Source: Rotaria socialis (lineage: Eukaryota). From it: a stretch of DNA of 64,000 bases. The position numbers and the translations under genes were made by a program. Shown piece after piece: positions 39,145 to 54,345 of the stretch. Below the pieces are notes generated by a model. That model was not told the DNA's origin, made no database searches, and saw nothing but the letters and a program-made list of their open reading frames with translations. The number at the start of each line of letters is the position of its first letter. Positions within the stretch are counted from its first letter, which is position 1. The stretch is taken from positions 496,001 to 560,000 of the forward strand of contig CAJNYD010000012.1 of assembly GCA_905331295.1 (NCBI GenBank), written 5' to 3'.

Positions 39145-41997
39145 TTTTAAATAAAATGTCGATAAATAGATGCTTGATATGTTTTTTTATTGTGGCTACG
39201 ATAATAAATTAATTCTATGTTGAGTTTTTATAGGAGAACCTATACATGTAAGCATTGAATCTATTCAACTGTTTTGTAAAACTTGTCAAAATCTGCTAAA
39301 GATTATTTTCTTCTACAAGTTTACATTCATCCATTAAGCATAAAAGTACTTTTACATCCATCGAATTGGATTCACACTGATTTCTTTGTTTCTCTCTCTC
39401 TCTCTCTCAGTACTAGTGCTGATGTTATAATTTCACTCCATATATTACCTATTTTGTTTTGCTTTTTTTTCCTGTAATTCAGGTAACTGAAAAGCACATA
39501 CGTAAATATTTGTTTACAAACAGTATTCCTAATCAATATGTAATTTGCTTATTCTATGGAAAGATCTAGCGTCAATCAGACATCTATGTCAGATTTTACA
39601 TAAAATTCAATTTAAATTCAGATAAAAGACTTTAAAGCTAAACAAACCGTTATCTAACAGCACATTCCAATGAAATAATCACTCGAAATAGTTTCAATAT
39701 CTTTTAACTACGTAGAAAAACAAGAAATAAAATATTTAATCTAATCTAGATTCTTGTAGAAAAAACGATTATTCTTTGAAGAAAATCGATTGAACACATT
39801 GAATATTTGCAGTTAAAAAAGTAATTTACTTCTTCAATTAGAATAATTATGAAATGTATATTTCATCATAAAAAATATTCGAAGCGAAACATCAACGTTA
39901 CGAAAATATATTGAATGATTGATCTTTGATTACTCATTAATAGTGCGATCAATAAAAATGATTTAGTAGCATTATTGAAGTACTTTTACAGTTCCAACCA
40001 GTAGATTAAATGTAGGTGTGGGTGTAAATATACCATTTGATTTAATCAGATTAAGATTGATCGAAGGCTTATTCAGTTAATAATTCATATATGCTATTTC
40101 TGCTTTAATCTAATAGAGCAAATCTTTCACACCACGATATTTTTACAATTATCAGTAGAAGATATTTTTCTGGTGCTGTATGTATCTTCTAATGTGTATG
40201 ACTAGCAATTAAATGATGGACCGATTTTTCACGAAGTAGTCTTATCAGTGAACGAAGCATATTAACATTGAAGTTTTCAGTATAGACTTTTGACATAAAT
40301 ATAAATAATTGCAGTGGCCGTCAAATATCTTCAAGATAAATTATCGATACACATTGTGTTCAATCAGACTCAAATAATTTTTTTTATTGAAGAGATACCG
40401 AACACTCTTTATACTAAATTGAATCAATTTCATACAACAGTGAGTACTTAATTATGACCGTATTAATACAAGAAGAAAACAACGAGCTTCAAATTCAACA
40501 AAGCACTTTAAAGTTACAGAAAATCAACTTAAAATTAATTGAGCAATACTTTAGAATAGTTCAAAGTACAATCAAGTGACTTAAATCAAGAACTTCTGTG
40601 TTTACGCATTCAAAATTTTGGTTATTTAGTTGTCTAAAACCTAGTTTTGATACGCATTTATATGTTACAAAATTAGCTCAAGTAATAATAAAGGAATTCT
40701 ATACAGCATCGATTCGCAAATATCAAAAGATTTCTCAGCAATAGATTATATTGGATGAAAATTAGTATCGGAATTGATGAGGACTACTTCGAATATTTAC
40801 TATCAATAGATTAGTAAAATGTTTTATCGATGAATAAATATTCGAAAATAGCAAAAAATTTCCAACTACTCTATGCCACATTTTCAAATATGTGTATTAT
40901 TTCTAGATAAAAGTAATCAACCGTTGATGTTTCTTTCATTTCTACTGTGAAATTTTCGAAACTAATCTAAATGAAGCATTTTATAGACATATCAGGTAAA
41001 AGTGCTTTGTTTACGGACGATATTCTAAAAAAAATGCAAAATTTTGTCATGCTATTTAGAAATATTTTCTTCTCTTTAAAAACCAACCAGTTCATCATCT
41101 TCGTCATCCATTTGAAAATTTACGATGAAAAACAACATTTTTTATTTTCATTTGTATATAAACATGATCGGTTACTATTTCAAATGCTCACCATCAAACA
41201 TCACAGAAAATTAATACTAGTAACTCAAAATGTAACTTTTACAATTATGCACGATTATTATTTGTCGTTCTGTTTTCATAATTTGACTCAACAATCATCA
41301 TTGCATACATGATAAAAACATAATATTCATGATATTTTCATTTTGAAAAAGACGAGTCGATATTTCTACTTTTTGTCAAAGAAAATTTAAAAGAAAAAAC
41401 ACAACTCATATACAAAGTAAATAAATATATTTTCTAATGTAAAATATTTGAGAAACAGATGAAAATTTTCTATTTAAAATTCATAATACGAATTGTATAT
41501 TACAAATGAGAAATAAACAAACAATCAAAATGTATGAAATCATTCAAAAACAAGACAATCAGAATTAATATAAAAAATTGAACATTGAATCTTGAACTGG
41601 AACTTCTATATAATGAACTATGTGGAATCTGTAATTTATTCAATTAAATAACTTAACAGTATTATAAATATCTAGCGAATTCATTTCAATTTTAATACAG
41701 TAATTTATACATATTAAGAAGTTCAGTAAAATCTGTATCAGATTACTCGGCATTTAATTAAATATTAATATACATTTTAGACCAAATTTCACAGCTCATG
41801 ATAAATCTTTGTGCGTAAGAAGTGTTTTTGTTCTCCAATAGTCTGTAGTCATGAGAAGTATGTACACTAATTGCATCGGATAACATCATGACAAATAGGA
41901 ACGATGATTTTGTTTTTTGCTCTCCGGTCACGTTTTTCTCTTACCTTATCGACTTCTTCATATTGCCTCGCTCGTCGTCCTATTGCATCCCTATTGG

Positions 41998-42066
41998 CTG
42001 CATCATTATTTTTCATGTTTGCTAAATCATTATTTTTCACGCTTGCTAAATCGCTATTTTTCATAA
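41998..42066. repeat. 24-bp degenerate tandem repeat, 3 copies
   Basis: Unit approximately GCTAAATCATTATTTTTCAYGYTT; reads as an 8-aa repeat (KNNDLANM-like) on the minus strand. Confidence 0.7.
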
Positions 42067-42099
42067 GCTTTATGTTGTTCTGTTTTTAGTATTACACTT

Positions 42100-43294
42100 A
42101 TGGGTCAGGAAGAATCTGGACTAATGGTTCCTGGTACGACATTGTTTTGATATTATTAAAAGGAACATTTCGATAATGAAATTACTTTGTTTTCTAAAAA
42201 TAGGCGCTGGAAATCCACCAGCATCTCTACCTAGCGATTGGCGTTATACAATTCAAACAGTAGTAATGGAACGTCGATTAGTTCCTGTCAATAAAGATCA
42301 ATATAAATTTCATGCAGAGCTTGGTGCCGGTGCCTTTGGTTCGGTTTATTCTGCTCGTCGTATTTCAGACCGCAAGTTCAGACATTTTCAGTGGTACTAA
42401 CAAAACTTTCTTTCTTATAGATAAACCGGTAGCTATCAAAGTAGTGTCACTTGTCACATGGAGTAGTGCAGATGGAGAGATGCTTGCCGAATCAATTCTT
42501 ACTGAAATTGAAATGTCAAAGCGTTTATCAAGAGCATCTAATCATGTTGTACGCATGTTTGATTTTGACTTTCATAGACAATCAGGTCTGGCTTTTCTTG
42601 TTATGGAACTTGGTCAACATGATTTAGAAAAGAGATTGAAAACGCAACCTCGCCTCTCAAATGCAGAAAGAAAAATAATATGGCGACAATTAGTCAGCAT
42701 TGCAATGGTTCTTCATGATAATAATATTGTAATCTAACTGATTTTGATTTTTTTGGCACGTTAAGATTTCCTTCTAATTCTCATTAGGTACATCTTGATA
42801 TTAAGCCTCAAAATCTTATAGTATTTCCTGGTAATAGAATCAAATTGGGTGATCTTGGTATCGCTCAAAAAGCATACCGACATAGGTAAACATAATAGAG
42901 GACTATTTCTTTCATTAAATATTCAAAGAAAATATAATATACAACAAAAGCATATTGTTCGATACATACAAATAAAGCCTCTATTATTATTTGTAGGGTT
43001 GGAAGTAATGGTACTTGGTTATATTCGGCACCAGAAGTAACAATGGCTCCAAGACATCATGTTGCAGTAAATACATCAAAATCAGATGTTTGGTCATGGG
43101 GTGCTGTTCTCTACCGTATGACTTATCAAGAACCACCTGAGTATACGCCTCCATGTTATCGTCCACCAAAGAATCAACATACATATCGAGATCCTCAGCT
43201 TGTTGATGTACTACGACATACGCTCGTTCGTGACATAAGAGAAAGAGCAGATCCTCCATGGCTTACTCGACATCCTTACACGGGAACACCTTGA
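42100..43294 (+). CDS. Small Ser/Thr or dual-specificity protein kinase, Mps1/TTK-like, non-RD
   Basis: Exons 42100-42133, 42204-42371, 42421-42728, 42788-42885, 42997-43294. Motifs LGAGAFGSVY, VAIK, LVMELG, HLDIKPQN, DLG, GTWLYSAPE, SDVWSWGAVLYRMTY. Confidence 0.85.
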
Positions 43295-44334
43295 ACAATT
43301 GCTTTTTTAACGCTATTCTATATCATTCAATTCAAGTAATAAATCTTACGTTTTATTAAATAAAAAAGCAAGTGAACGGCATTTTCGTTGAACGGAAACA
43401 ATACATTTATAGAGTTCATTTTACTGTTTTCCATTGGATAATCTGATTGAAAGACACAAAATATCAGTAAATTTTCATCATGAAATGTTTGATTTCATAA
43501 AGAATGTTGTATTTTTTTCTGCGGATTATGTGAAAGAAAAATTGATATGGTTTTGATGACATGCCATAGTATTATCAGAAAGCGGATGAAATTATAATAA
43601 TTATAATGCACAGCTGTTCTTCTGATATCTACACACAAGATTTTTAATTCGTTTAGAATAATAATCAAATTTTCTCTTCTTCGTTGTGATGTATTCTTGA
43701 GAATTTCATATAAAATAAATCCTCGCTTTTCGAAAACATAATATTCTATTCTAACTATTTTTGTAGTTCAACAACGAGTGCTATTGTTACTTGCTGATAT
43801 GTATAGGTAGTAACTATTATAACATAGATTAGCATTTCTTCTTCTCTGACATTCTAAAAATAAATACTTAGTAGGAAAAGGTTTTTTTTTTAATTTGACA
43901 CGAACTCTTTATCTTTCTCAATAAGATTGTTTTATAACGGTACTGAAGTTATTAATAGGCAGTTCAATAATAATATTAGCATCAACGTGCTAATTGGAAG
44001 CATAAAAAATAAAATAAAATTTTACATTGTTACGTATTATTAACTAGAATAAAATACGTTTGTTTTCATCTGTTTAACATTAACAATATTGTAGAAAATA
44101 AATTAATGATTGAACATAGGTGCCCAAACTGAAATCAAGTTAGCAAAATAATTTCAATCAATTTTATTTTATTTTTTATCGTCTTTTTAGTTCGTTTTCA
44201 AAAAACAAAAATAATTTATCGTGTTTAAAATAAATAAAAACCACAAATATACACTTCATTGATAATCACAGCTGGTTAATAGAAAGAATATCATTCGTTT
44301 TGTCTATCTGACGAGTGAGAATAATAAAATTAAT

Positions 44335-46592
44335 TTAACTATTTTTCACCGGTTTGTTTTGAGTAAATTGTTTACATAAATGAAATTTATGATTAATCGG
44401 TCGAGAAATTCGTTTTATTCGATATGATTTTAGCAAAGGACATTTTACGTATTCACTAACAATAGTTTCATTGAATTCAAATTTAAATTGCTTATTATTA
44501 AAGGCAATAGCACGTGATAAACGTAATGATGCATTATTTGTCATATTATGAAATGATATTAAATGTGAAAAAATATTTGTATTATATGTATAACCAGAAC
44601 ATAAACGTGTACCATGTTCAAAATGAATACCATAAACACCGTAATTGGTTAGAGGGCATCTTTTAATTAGCGAATAACGTGGTGTTGTACGAAGAACATT
44701 TTTGATGGTCTGTGAATTAAATAATATTGGACTTGGAGATGAATAACCAAGAAGAAGAAGATGCGATATAATAATAGATGACGATGAAAGATTAAAATTA
44801 TGAGATAATGTTAAATGTTGCCAAAGTGGAGAAGCCAACTTCGAACCTCGACCACCAGCAAATATATCACGACATGGAAAATTTGAAAGGCCATGGCACA
44901 TATCAAGACCAAATGAAGATGCCAAAGAATATAACGGGCAAGGGCCAATAAAAGATAAAATTTCACTTCTACTTGGCTATCAAAAAGATAAATCAAATGG
45001 ATCAATGTATATTAGAAATAAAACAAGAACTTACTGTATGATTAACAGATTTAGTAGGCCTATCGAGAAGAAAACAGAAATATTTGATTTATATCATCAT
45101 TATTAATAAATAAACTGTATTGCTAATTGAAAATTAGATTCTGTTACAAAAGGTCAATCGTAGAAACGTTTCTCACTGCGCGGAATTAATAGATCTAATT
45201 TTTCATTTTGATTGTTGCAAAAAAGGATTCTTAATATTTTTTATCAACTAGATGTTTTTTCATGTTTATTGTCTTGGCTTTAAATCGATAAAAATAGCTG
45301 TACTTTATCGTATTTAATTACAAATTCAACAGAATTTGAATATATGATGGTAAAATAAAAAACAAATTCTTTTTTTTCACTGCTAAATAAAAGCTCTTGA
45401 ATATGAATGTAATGAAGATAGTAAGAACAGTTGTTTTATTCTTGTAAAGTTTCTGTCGAAGAAAATTCCCTTGCAGACTAATTTTGACGAGAGCATTCTT
45501 TTTTCAAATCTACTGTATAAGTTATATTTATATTCTTGCGCAAAAATAAGAATCGATTCATTATAATTAAACTTTGATATATTTTTTTCCATTAAAACAA
45601 TCACAGCTTGCATGATATTTCAACAGAATAAGCCTTTGTTTCTATAGTCAATTTATTAGGTACTTAACAAAGTAGAAATCAGCTCATTTTTCTCCAATCG
45701 AATATAAATTTTTTTTAGAAAGTTTGACAAGAATTTTCGTTGCATTACAAAAGAAATTATTCATACGAAATTAATTCCTCGAATTTTTACAGAATGCATA
45801 CTAGATTTGTAATATTATTGAAATGCTTGTAAGTATATTATTAGAACTCGAATACATATGATTAATATTCTTGATAACTACTCTTTTGAACAGAAAATCA
45901 AACTTGATTCCAGCTAATATTTATTTAGATTTTTCGTTGCATATAACTTTCAACGGGTTTCTTTAATAACTTACTGATATTTAGCAGCGAGAATAGCCAT
46001 TGTTTGCGCGTGCATAGAATCATTATTCATTTGAATTGTTTCTACTATATTTTCCGCTTGATACAACGTGACATTAGCATTGCTTAAAAGAAAAGAATAA
46101 AAATATGAAAAGAAAGAATCATGAATGTTAAAATATACGGAGTTCTGCTCAATAGATTATTTAAAGTGTTTGAACAATTAGATTGATTTAATGATTGTAG
46201 AATAGTATCTAAAGTTTTCTTGTGATTTTAACTTTTTGTTTTGTTTTTCAATAAATAATATTACTTTTTTCAAAATAATTTCCAGCAGGACTATTTTCTT
46301 CATCCTCATTGTCTTCTTCTTCTTCTTCGCTAGCTTCACTAGAACTTAAATTTTCTTCATTATTTGAATCAATTAATATTTGAGTGTTTTCATCATTAGT
46401 AGCTAAGATATAAAACATAAACACAAAGTTATGCTCGATAATCTTATGTGAAAGAAAATAAAATAAAAGCAAGTGCTATCACTTACAAGAATCTTGTTCC
46501 ATCCTTTGGAATTTATTCAAAGTATCATCAATTAATGGCGTATGAATTGAATCTGTTGATGAATTGCAATCTTTCAAATTTTCATGATACAT
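44335..46592 (-). CDS. Hypothetical protein: acidic low-complexity N-terminus plus repeated CPL...C...H...H modules
   Basis: Exons 46592-46487, 46402-46265, 46208-46139, 46082-45975, 45059-45035, 44976-44335 join in frame via GT-AG introns. The 3' end is uncertain; an extra exon ending near 44266 is possible. Confidence 0.65.
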
Positions 46593-46716
46593 TCGATCTA
46601 AAATTTACTAAATAGAACTCACTGTTTTCATTTACTCTGTAAAAATATCAAGTAAAAAAGAAACAACGGACAGAAGCAGTGTGATCAATTACAGGGGATA
46701 ACAAAAAACAACTAGT

Positions 46717-49700
46717 TTATTTCATTGTTTGCCAATCGAATGAAACATTATTTGCATGTTGTAATGGTGGTATAGGCGGTGTTTTCAATGTCCATTGCCC
46801 ATCTGATGGATTTCTTTCACACAGTTGTAACCCTAAATAAGAAACTTTTCTAATAACACCATTAAAATCTGAATAAGATCGAGGTGGAAGTAAACATAAT
46901 TGACGTGTGCAAACTTCAAGTGTTGCTGCATGACCAATGAAAAATATATTTGCTCCTGAAAAAATTAATGATTTTAAAGAAAAATAAATTCTCTATTTTG
47001 TTTTTGATTTATCTACCAGTCAATTTATGTTTATCAGTTATTTGTTGTGTAACTTTGAATGATCGATTGTAATAATCAATATATTTTTCATCTCGAGATA
47101 GTTTTTCTAATGAAATAATCGGTCGATAGTTTTTATCAATATTGTATAAATGTGTTTCTTCTTCTTCATTAATATTCATATCAGATGAATTAAAAAATGT
47201 TGGTAAACCACGTTCATACCAACCCAAAAATTCAAACAAACCAGGTTCCACACGAATTTTCACTCGATCTTCGATTCCCATACCTGAAATAAATTCAAAT
47301 TTGTTGTTTTGATTACATTGATAGAAAACTAGACCTTGAAGAATATAATGTGCCGTTTGAATACATCGAAATGCTGGTGATGAATAACAATATTGTGCAA
47401 GAGACTCATTAGCAGCTAATGCTTCACCAGTTAATCGAGCTTGACTCACACCAATCTCAGTGATAGGTGAATCGCCAATAAAATCTCGAAACGGGTTACG
47501 ACGACGTGGTAAAGATAATGGCATATTTAAATTCAATCGCTGATAATTTCCTTGAATAGTCAAATGAGTGTAATTTTAAACAAACAAATGTTAAAAAGAA
47601 TTAAAATGGTAATACCAGCTTTGTCAAAGGCTAATTCTGGCCAAGACGAACCAAATGCAAAATCAACTCGTTCACCATGACGAATACAAAATAGACGAAT
47701 TAAACCTGGATTTGATGTAGACGATAATACATCTAATCTACCATTCTAAACAATAATTTATTTGAAATAAATAAAAATTAAAGATATAAAAATATGTACT
47801 GTTTGATTCAATCGTGGAATTACTGCTATTTTTCTTGCAAAATTTCGAACTTCACTTTGATTATTGGAATCTTTTTCATCAGTTGATGGTGAAATATCGG
47901 TTTCTGAAAGATCAATTAGATTTGTTGAAGAATTTTCATTTACTAACGATGACGATCTCGAATAGAGAAAAATAACATAAAACATAAAATGGAATTTATA
48001 GATCAAAATTTACTTTTGTAAAGTCCATGAATCTGTTTCAGATGTTTTCCTTAAATTTTTCAAAGCGCATAAACCTTCTTCGCCTGTTGTATGAGAGCGA
48101 CCTAGAAATAAAAATATAATTCACATATTAAATTACTTAATATAAAAATAATAAATTTCTTTGGAAACTAATATTTTCTAATAATTTATCTTAGTTGTCG
48201 AATCATAGTTTATTTGATATTTGGTAGAATATCTTCGTCTACCTTGATTGATAATCAGTTGCACAAGTTCTAACTGATGTTGTCGTTGTTCTCTATGAAT
48301 TCTTTCTTCACGTTCTTGTTCATTGCGTCTTTGCTCATTAATAAATGACATAAAACGTTGCTCAGATTGTTGTTGTGCAACAAGAAATTTATTAAAAACC
48401 GATTGAAGAACGTCATCAATAAGATATGCTTGATGTTTATACGGTGGCATAGATTTAATATAAAAATCCATTTCATCTGTTCTTAATTGTTCTTGATCTT
48501 CGCTGATTTTATTGGGATGATTTGCATGTGAATCTTCGGTTTGATTTATAGTCGAATTAGTTCGAGTCGATTGAAGCATTGGGTATGGATCTTCTGGTCG
48601 TTGAATGTAATCAGGCGAAACATCATCATATAAATTTTGTTGTTCATCATCCTCATTCATCGACTGAGAATAAAATAAAATACTATTCTATTGAATAATA
48701 AAACTATTTTACCTCCTCCTCATCATCAGTAATATCATCGGGTTCATTATTATTTATATTTGAAATGATTTCTCCTTCTTCATTCTCTGTCTTTATATTA
48801 GTTTGTAATTTTTGTTGATGCTGTTGTTGTAACGAACGTTTCTTACTTCGTTGTCTTTTATATTTATGACCAAATAAGTAATGAAGATCATCATAGAAAC
48901 GGCACGTTAATGTAGATTGGCCATGTTCTTCATGTAAAGCACGAGCTTTTTTATATGAAAACTTTAAATTTTTGACGCGACCGCGTATTTGATTCCAGTC
49001 ACGATTAAAACCAGCTTGTCTCAGACGTTCAGCAATTTCATGGTAGATTTCACGTGTTCGAACACTTTCAATAGCTTTAAATATTCTTTCGTCTTTAAGT
49101 AAATCTAATAAAGCTCGTGTCTCTTCCAAGTCCCAAATCAATGCACGTTGATGAAAACGTCGAACTGGCTTTGTTGATGAAGTGCCATTTATTGTTGGTG
49201 AATTCGTTGTCGCATCTCGCGAAAGCATATCCAGCATTATCTAGAACTCGTCTTCTTCTATCTTGAAGCGCACAACCTCAATATTGCCGTCGCGACACTC
49301 ACCCGCGCTTCACTCAAAAGCAAGAAAGAAAAAATGAGTCGACGTTACTAGCAGCACTCTACTTTAACTATTACTCTTACTCTTACGGCTACTACCACTA
49401 TTACTACTCGCTTGTTGTGCTATGATGCAGCTTGTGTGTGCTCGTCATTTGCTGTTCTCCCTCTCTCTCGCTCTCTCTTCGTTCTCTCGTGTGCGTGCAA
49501 CGCACATTCAGCAAAGAAGCATCGAAGGTGACTGTGTCTTGTGCGTTGTTAGAGAAACGAAGAACATTTTATACGCATGTAAGAGAGAAAGAGAAGAGTC
49601 TCTCAAAGGCCACACAAACACATAGATGCATGATGAAATATTCTTATTCTTATTCTTTCTCTTGATAGATGATAGAGAAGAAAGCGAAAGAGCGAGAAGC

Positions 49701-50972
49701 GAAGATATATAGCTAACAGAAAAGAAGACAAAAGACAACTTAATTAAAGCTTACTCACCAAAGACATTTTCTTGTTCGCCTATTCGACCGTTATCAAGTA
49801 CCATAAACAGATCATTCGCTTTCAATAAAAGACATTTGTTAATAGTTGTCTCTTTTGTTGATGAAACAACTCGATATACAGTCTAACAAAAAAAAGGAAG
49901 AAATTGTTTTTATTTGATTCTGTCAAGAAAAATCAAATATAAAAGGACTAACCTCATTCATAGAAGATTTTTCACGTGAATATAATCGAAGACTCCAATT
50001 TACAGGACGATCAAGATCAAAGTAAAGTCGCGCAAATTGTAATAGTGATGCTCGTTGATCAGTAGGCAGATTAAATAAAGTTGACAAACCATGAGTAAGA
50101 GTCAAATGTGCTAATTTCTTTGCAGGTAATATTGAAACAGTTGGTACTAAAAATAAGCATAAATTAACGTTTGAAATAAATTTTACTTTAGTTAAATATA
50201 CCTATTTTTTCAAATTGTTGTTTCAACATATCGAAAATATTTTGAACAATATTTTTAGTTTCAGTATCAGGTATAAGCATAAGATAATCATTTGTTGTAT
50301 ATAAAACCACGCGTAATAATTGTTTAAATAACCTGTGATATTGTTCCATAACAGAATCAAATACTTTATGAAATGTATGAACGTGTCTATCAGGTATCTA
50401 ATGAAATATAATCAAAAGTTATTTACTAATAAATGTATCCTTACAAATATTTACATGAAAAAAACTAGATAATTTAAAAGCACGCAAATATTGACGATCA
50501 TTTAATAAAGTAGTTCCCTTGGCAAGATAACGAAATAGTTCACCATTAAATGTTCGAATCTCTTCATGAAGCTGTTTATCAGGACAAAGAAGTATAATAA
50601 ATTCAGTTCGGATCAATCTATCATCACTACATCTTTGAAGAAGCCTAAGATAAGAAAAGAAAAACAATGGCATTTACCATTTTGAATGTTTACCTCTTAC
50701 CAATCAGTAGCAGCTTGAACTGAACGAAAACCAGTGGCTACACATGCACGTTCTCTAAAGCAATGAGATGTATTGAAAGAAAAAGAAAATAAATAAGTCG
50801 TTTTTACTAACGCTTTTTCTTGTGGTATTCCAAGTTTATTAGTGAGCAATGTTAAACATGATGATTGACATGATATTTGTTCTTCTTGATCATTATTATC
50901 GATAAGGGATGTTGACCATCGTTTGTTATTTTGATTATCAAGCTGTTGTCTTCGTAGAGATATTCGTTGCAT
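46717..50972 (-). CDS. UBASH3: UBASH3/STS family protein (UBA, 2H, SH3, histidine phosphatase)
   Basis: UBA LGIPQEKAERACVATGFRSVQAATDWLL; 2H AHLTL; SH3 ...VFGRSHTTGEEGL; phosphatase RHGERVD, DSPITEIG, SSPAFRCIQTA, EPGLFE, IGHAATLEVCTRQL; stop at 46717-46719. Large intron 48102-49758. Confidence 0.92.
48178..49237 (-). CDS. Myb/SANT-like (trihelix/MSANTD-type) DNA-binding protein nested on the same strand in the UBASH3 intron
   Basis: Exons 49237-48713 and 48663-48178 (or ending at a donor after 48243). Motif WDLEETRALL...IAERLRQAGFNRDWNQIRGRVKNLKFSYKK...TCRFYDDLHYLF plus a C-terminal coiled coil. 5'UTR intron 49241-49302. Confidence 0.88.
49303..49740 (-). promoter_or_regulatory. Probable internal promoter/5'UTR of the nested Myb/SANT unit
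   Basis: Locally GC/CpG-enriched with GA/CT microsatellite tracts, directly upstream of the 5'UTR intron and unlike the AT-rich introns elsewhere. Confidence 0.45.
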
Positions 50973-51946
50973 AGGAATGAAAAGGTCGAAGAGAATTCAC
51001 ACTGATAAGGAATCAACAAAAACTGTGAATAAATGAAGAAAATATACTGCGACAATGTAGGAACGAAAAACTAACGATGCATATCGTTTTTTTTCTTTTT
51101 TCGAGGCTTTTCTTTGAGTGTATCGATGAAAGTACAAGTAAAATATGATTTATATTAGTCGATGAAAGTTAAGATGAATGTTCTGTTTAGAATAGTTCTT
51201 AATTAAGTGACATACTTGACTATGAAAAAAATATCGAAGTGTGAAGATTACAATATATATGGAAATCGTTGAGTTCTTTTTGTCATTAGTACACATAAGA
51301 AGGCAGACTTTGCAAATGAACGATATAAAAATTAGTGAAATCACCAAAAGAAAAAGGAAGTAGCTGTCAGATCATCCAATGTTTACGAAAGGAGAAAGAG
51401 ACACAGTTATTACACAATAGCGACTCAGAACAGATGTCACTTTCACTCACACCATTGATGATCAGTTTCATGTAACTTACTGAGGTAATTTCTATTGTTT
51501 TCTCGGCTTCTTTATACTTATAATTAAAAAATTAATCAAAACCCTAAGAAATTTTGAAAGACTACTCGAAAATATCATCTGTTTGATTGTCATTTCATCT
51601 GGTCACAAATACAAACCGTATATCTTGACGTTTTTTTCACATCGAATATAGTGTTGAAGTTTTATCTAAAAATTTAGTTACACCTATCGAACGTTTATGT
51701 ACCTATGAAAACTAAGATATTCTTAAGTGATAACTTTCTTCGAGTAATATCAATACTGGATGAATACAGAAATCGGACCTGTGATCGATTGGCTATTTGA
51801 ATAAACAAATGGAAAAGCCGAACATGTCCCTCTGAGTGATGTCTGCTGTTGAATGTACAATACGAAATAGTATATGAATGTAGCTAATGATAAATCATTG
51901 TAATGTTTTGAGTCTTGCTTTTTTTGCAAATTTATTTTAGAAATTG

Positions 51947-54345
<2,399 letters not shown>

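Noticed and set aside
39900..40500. Possible decayed coding sequence
   Set aside because: Stops in the frames examined and no recognisable motif.
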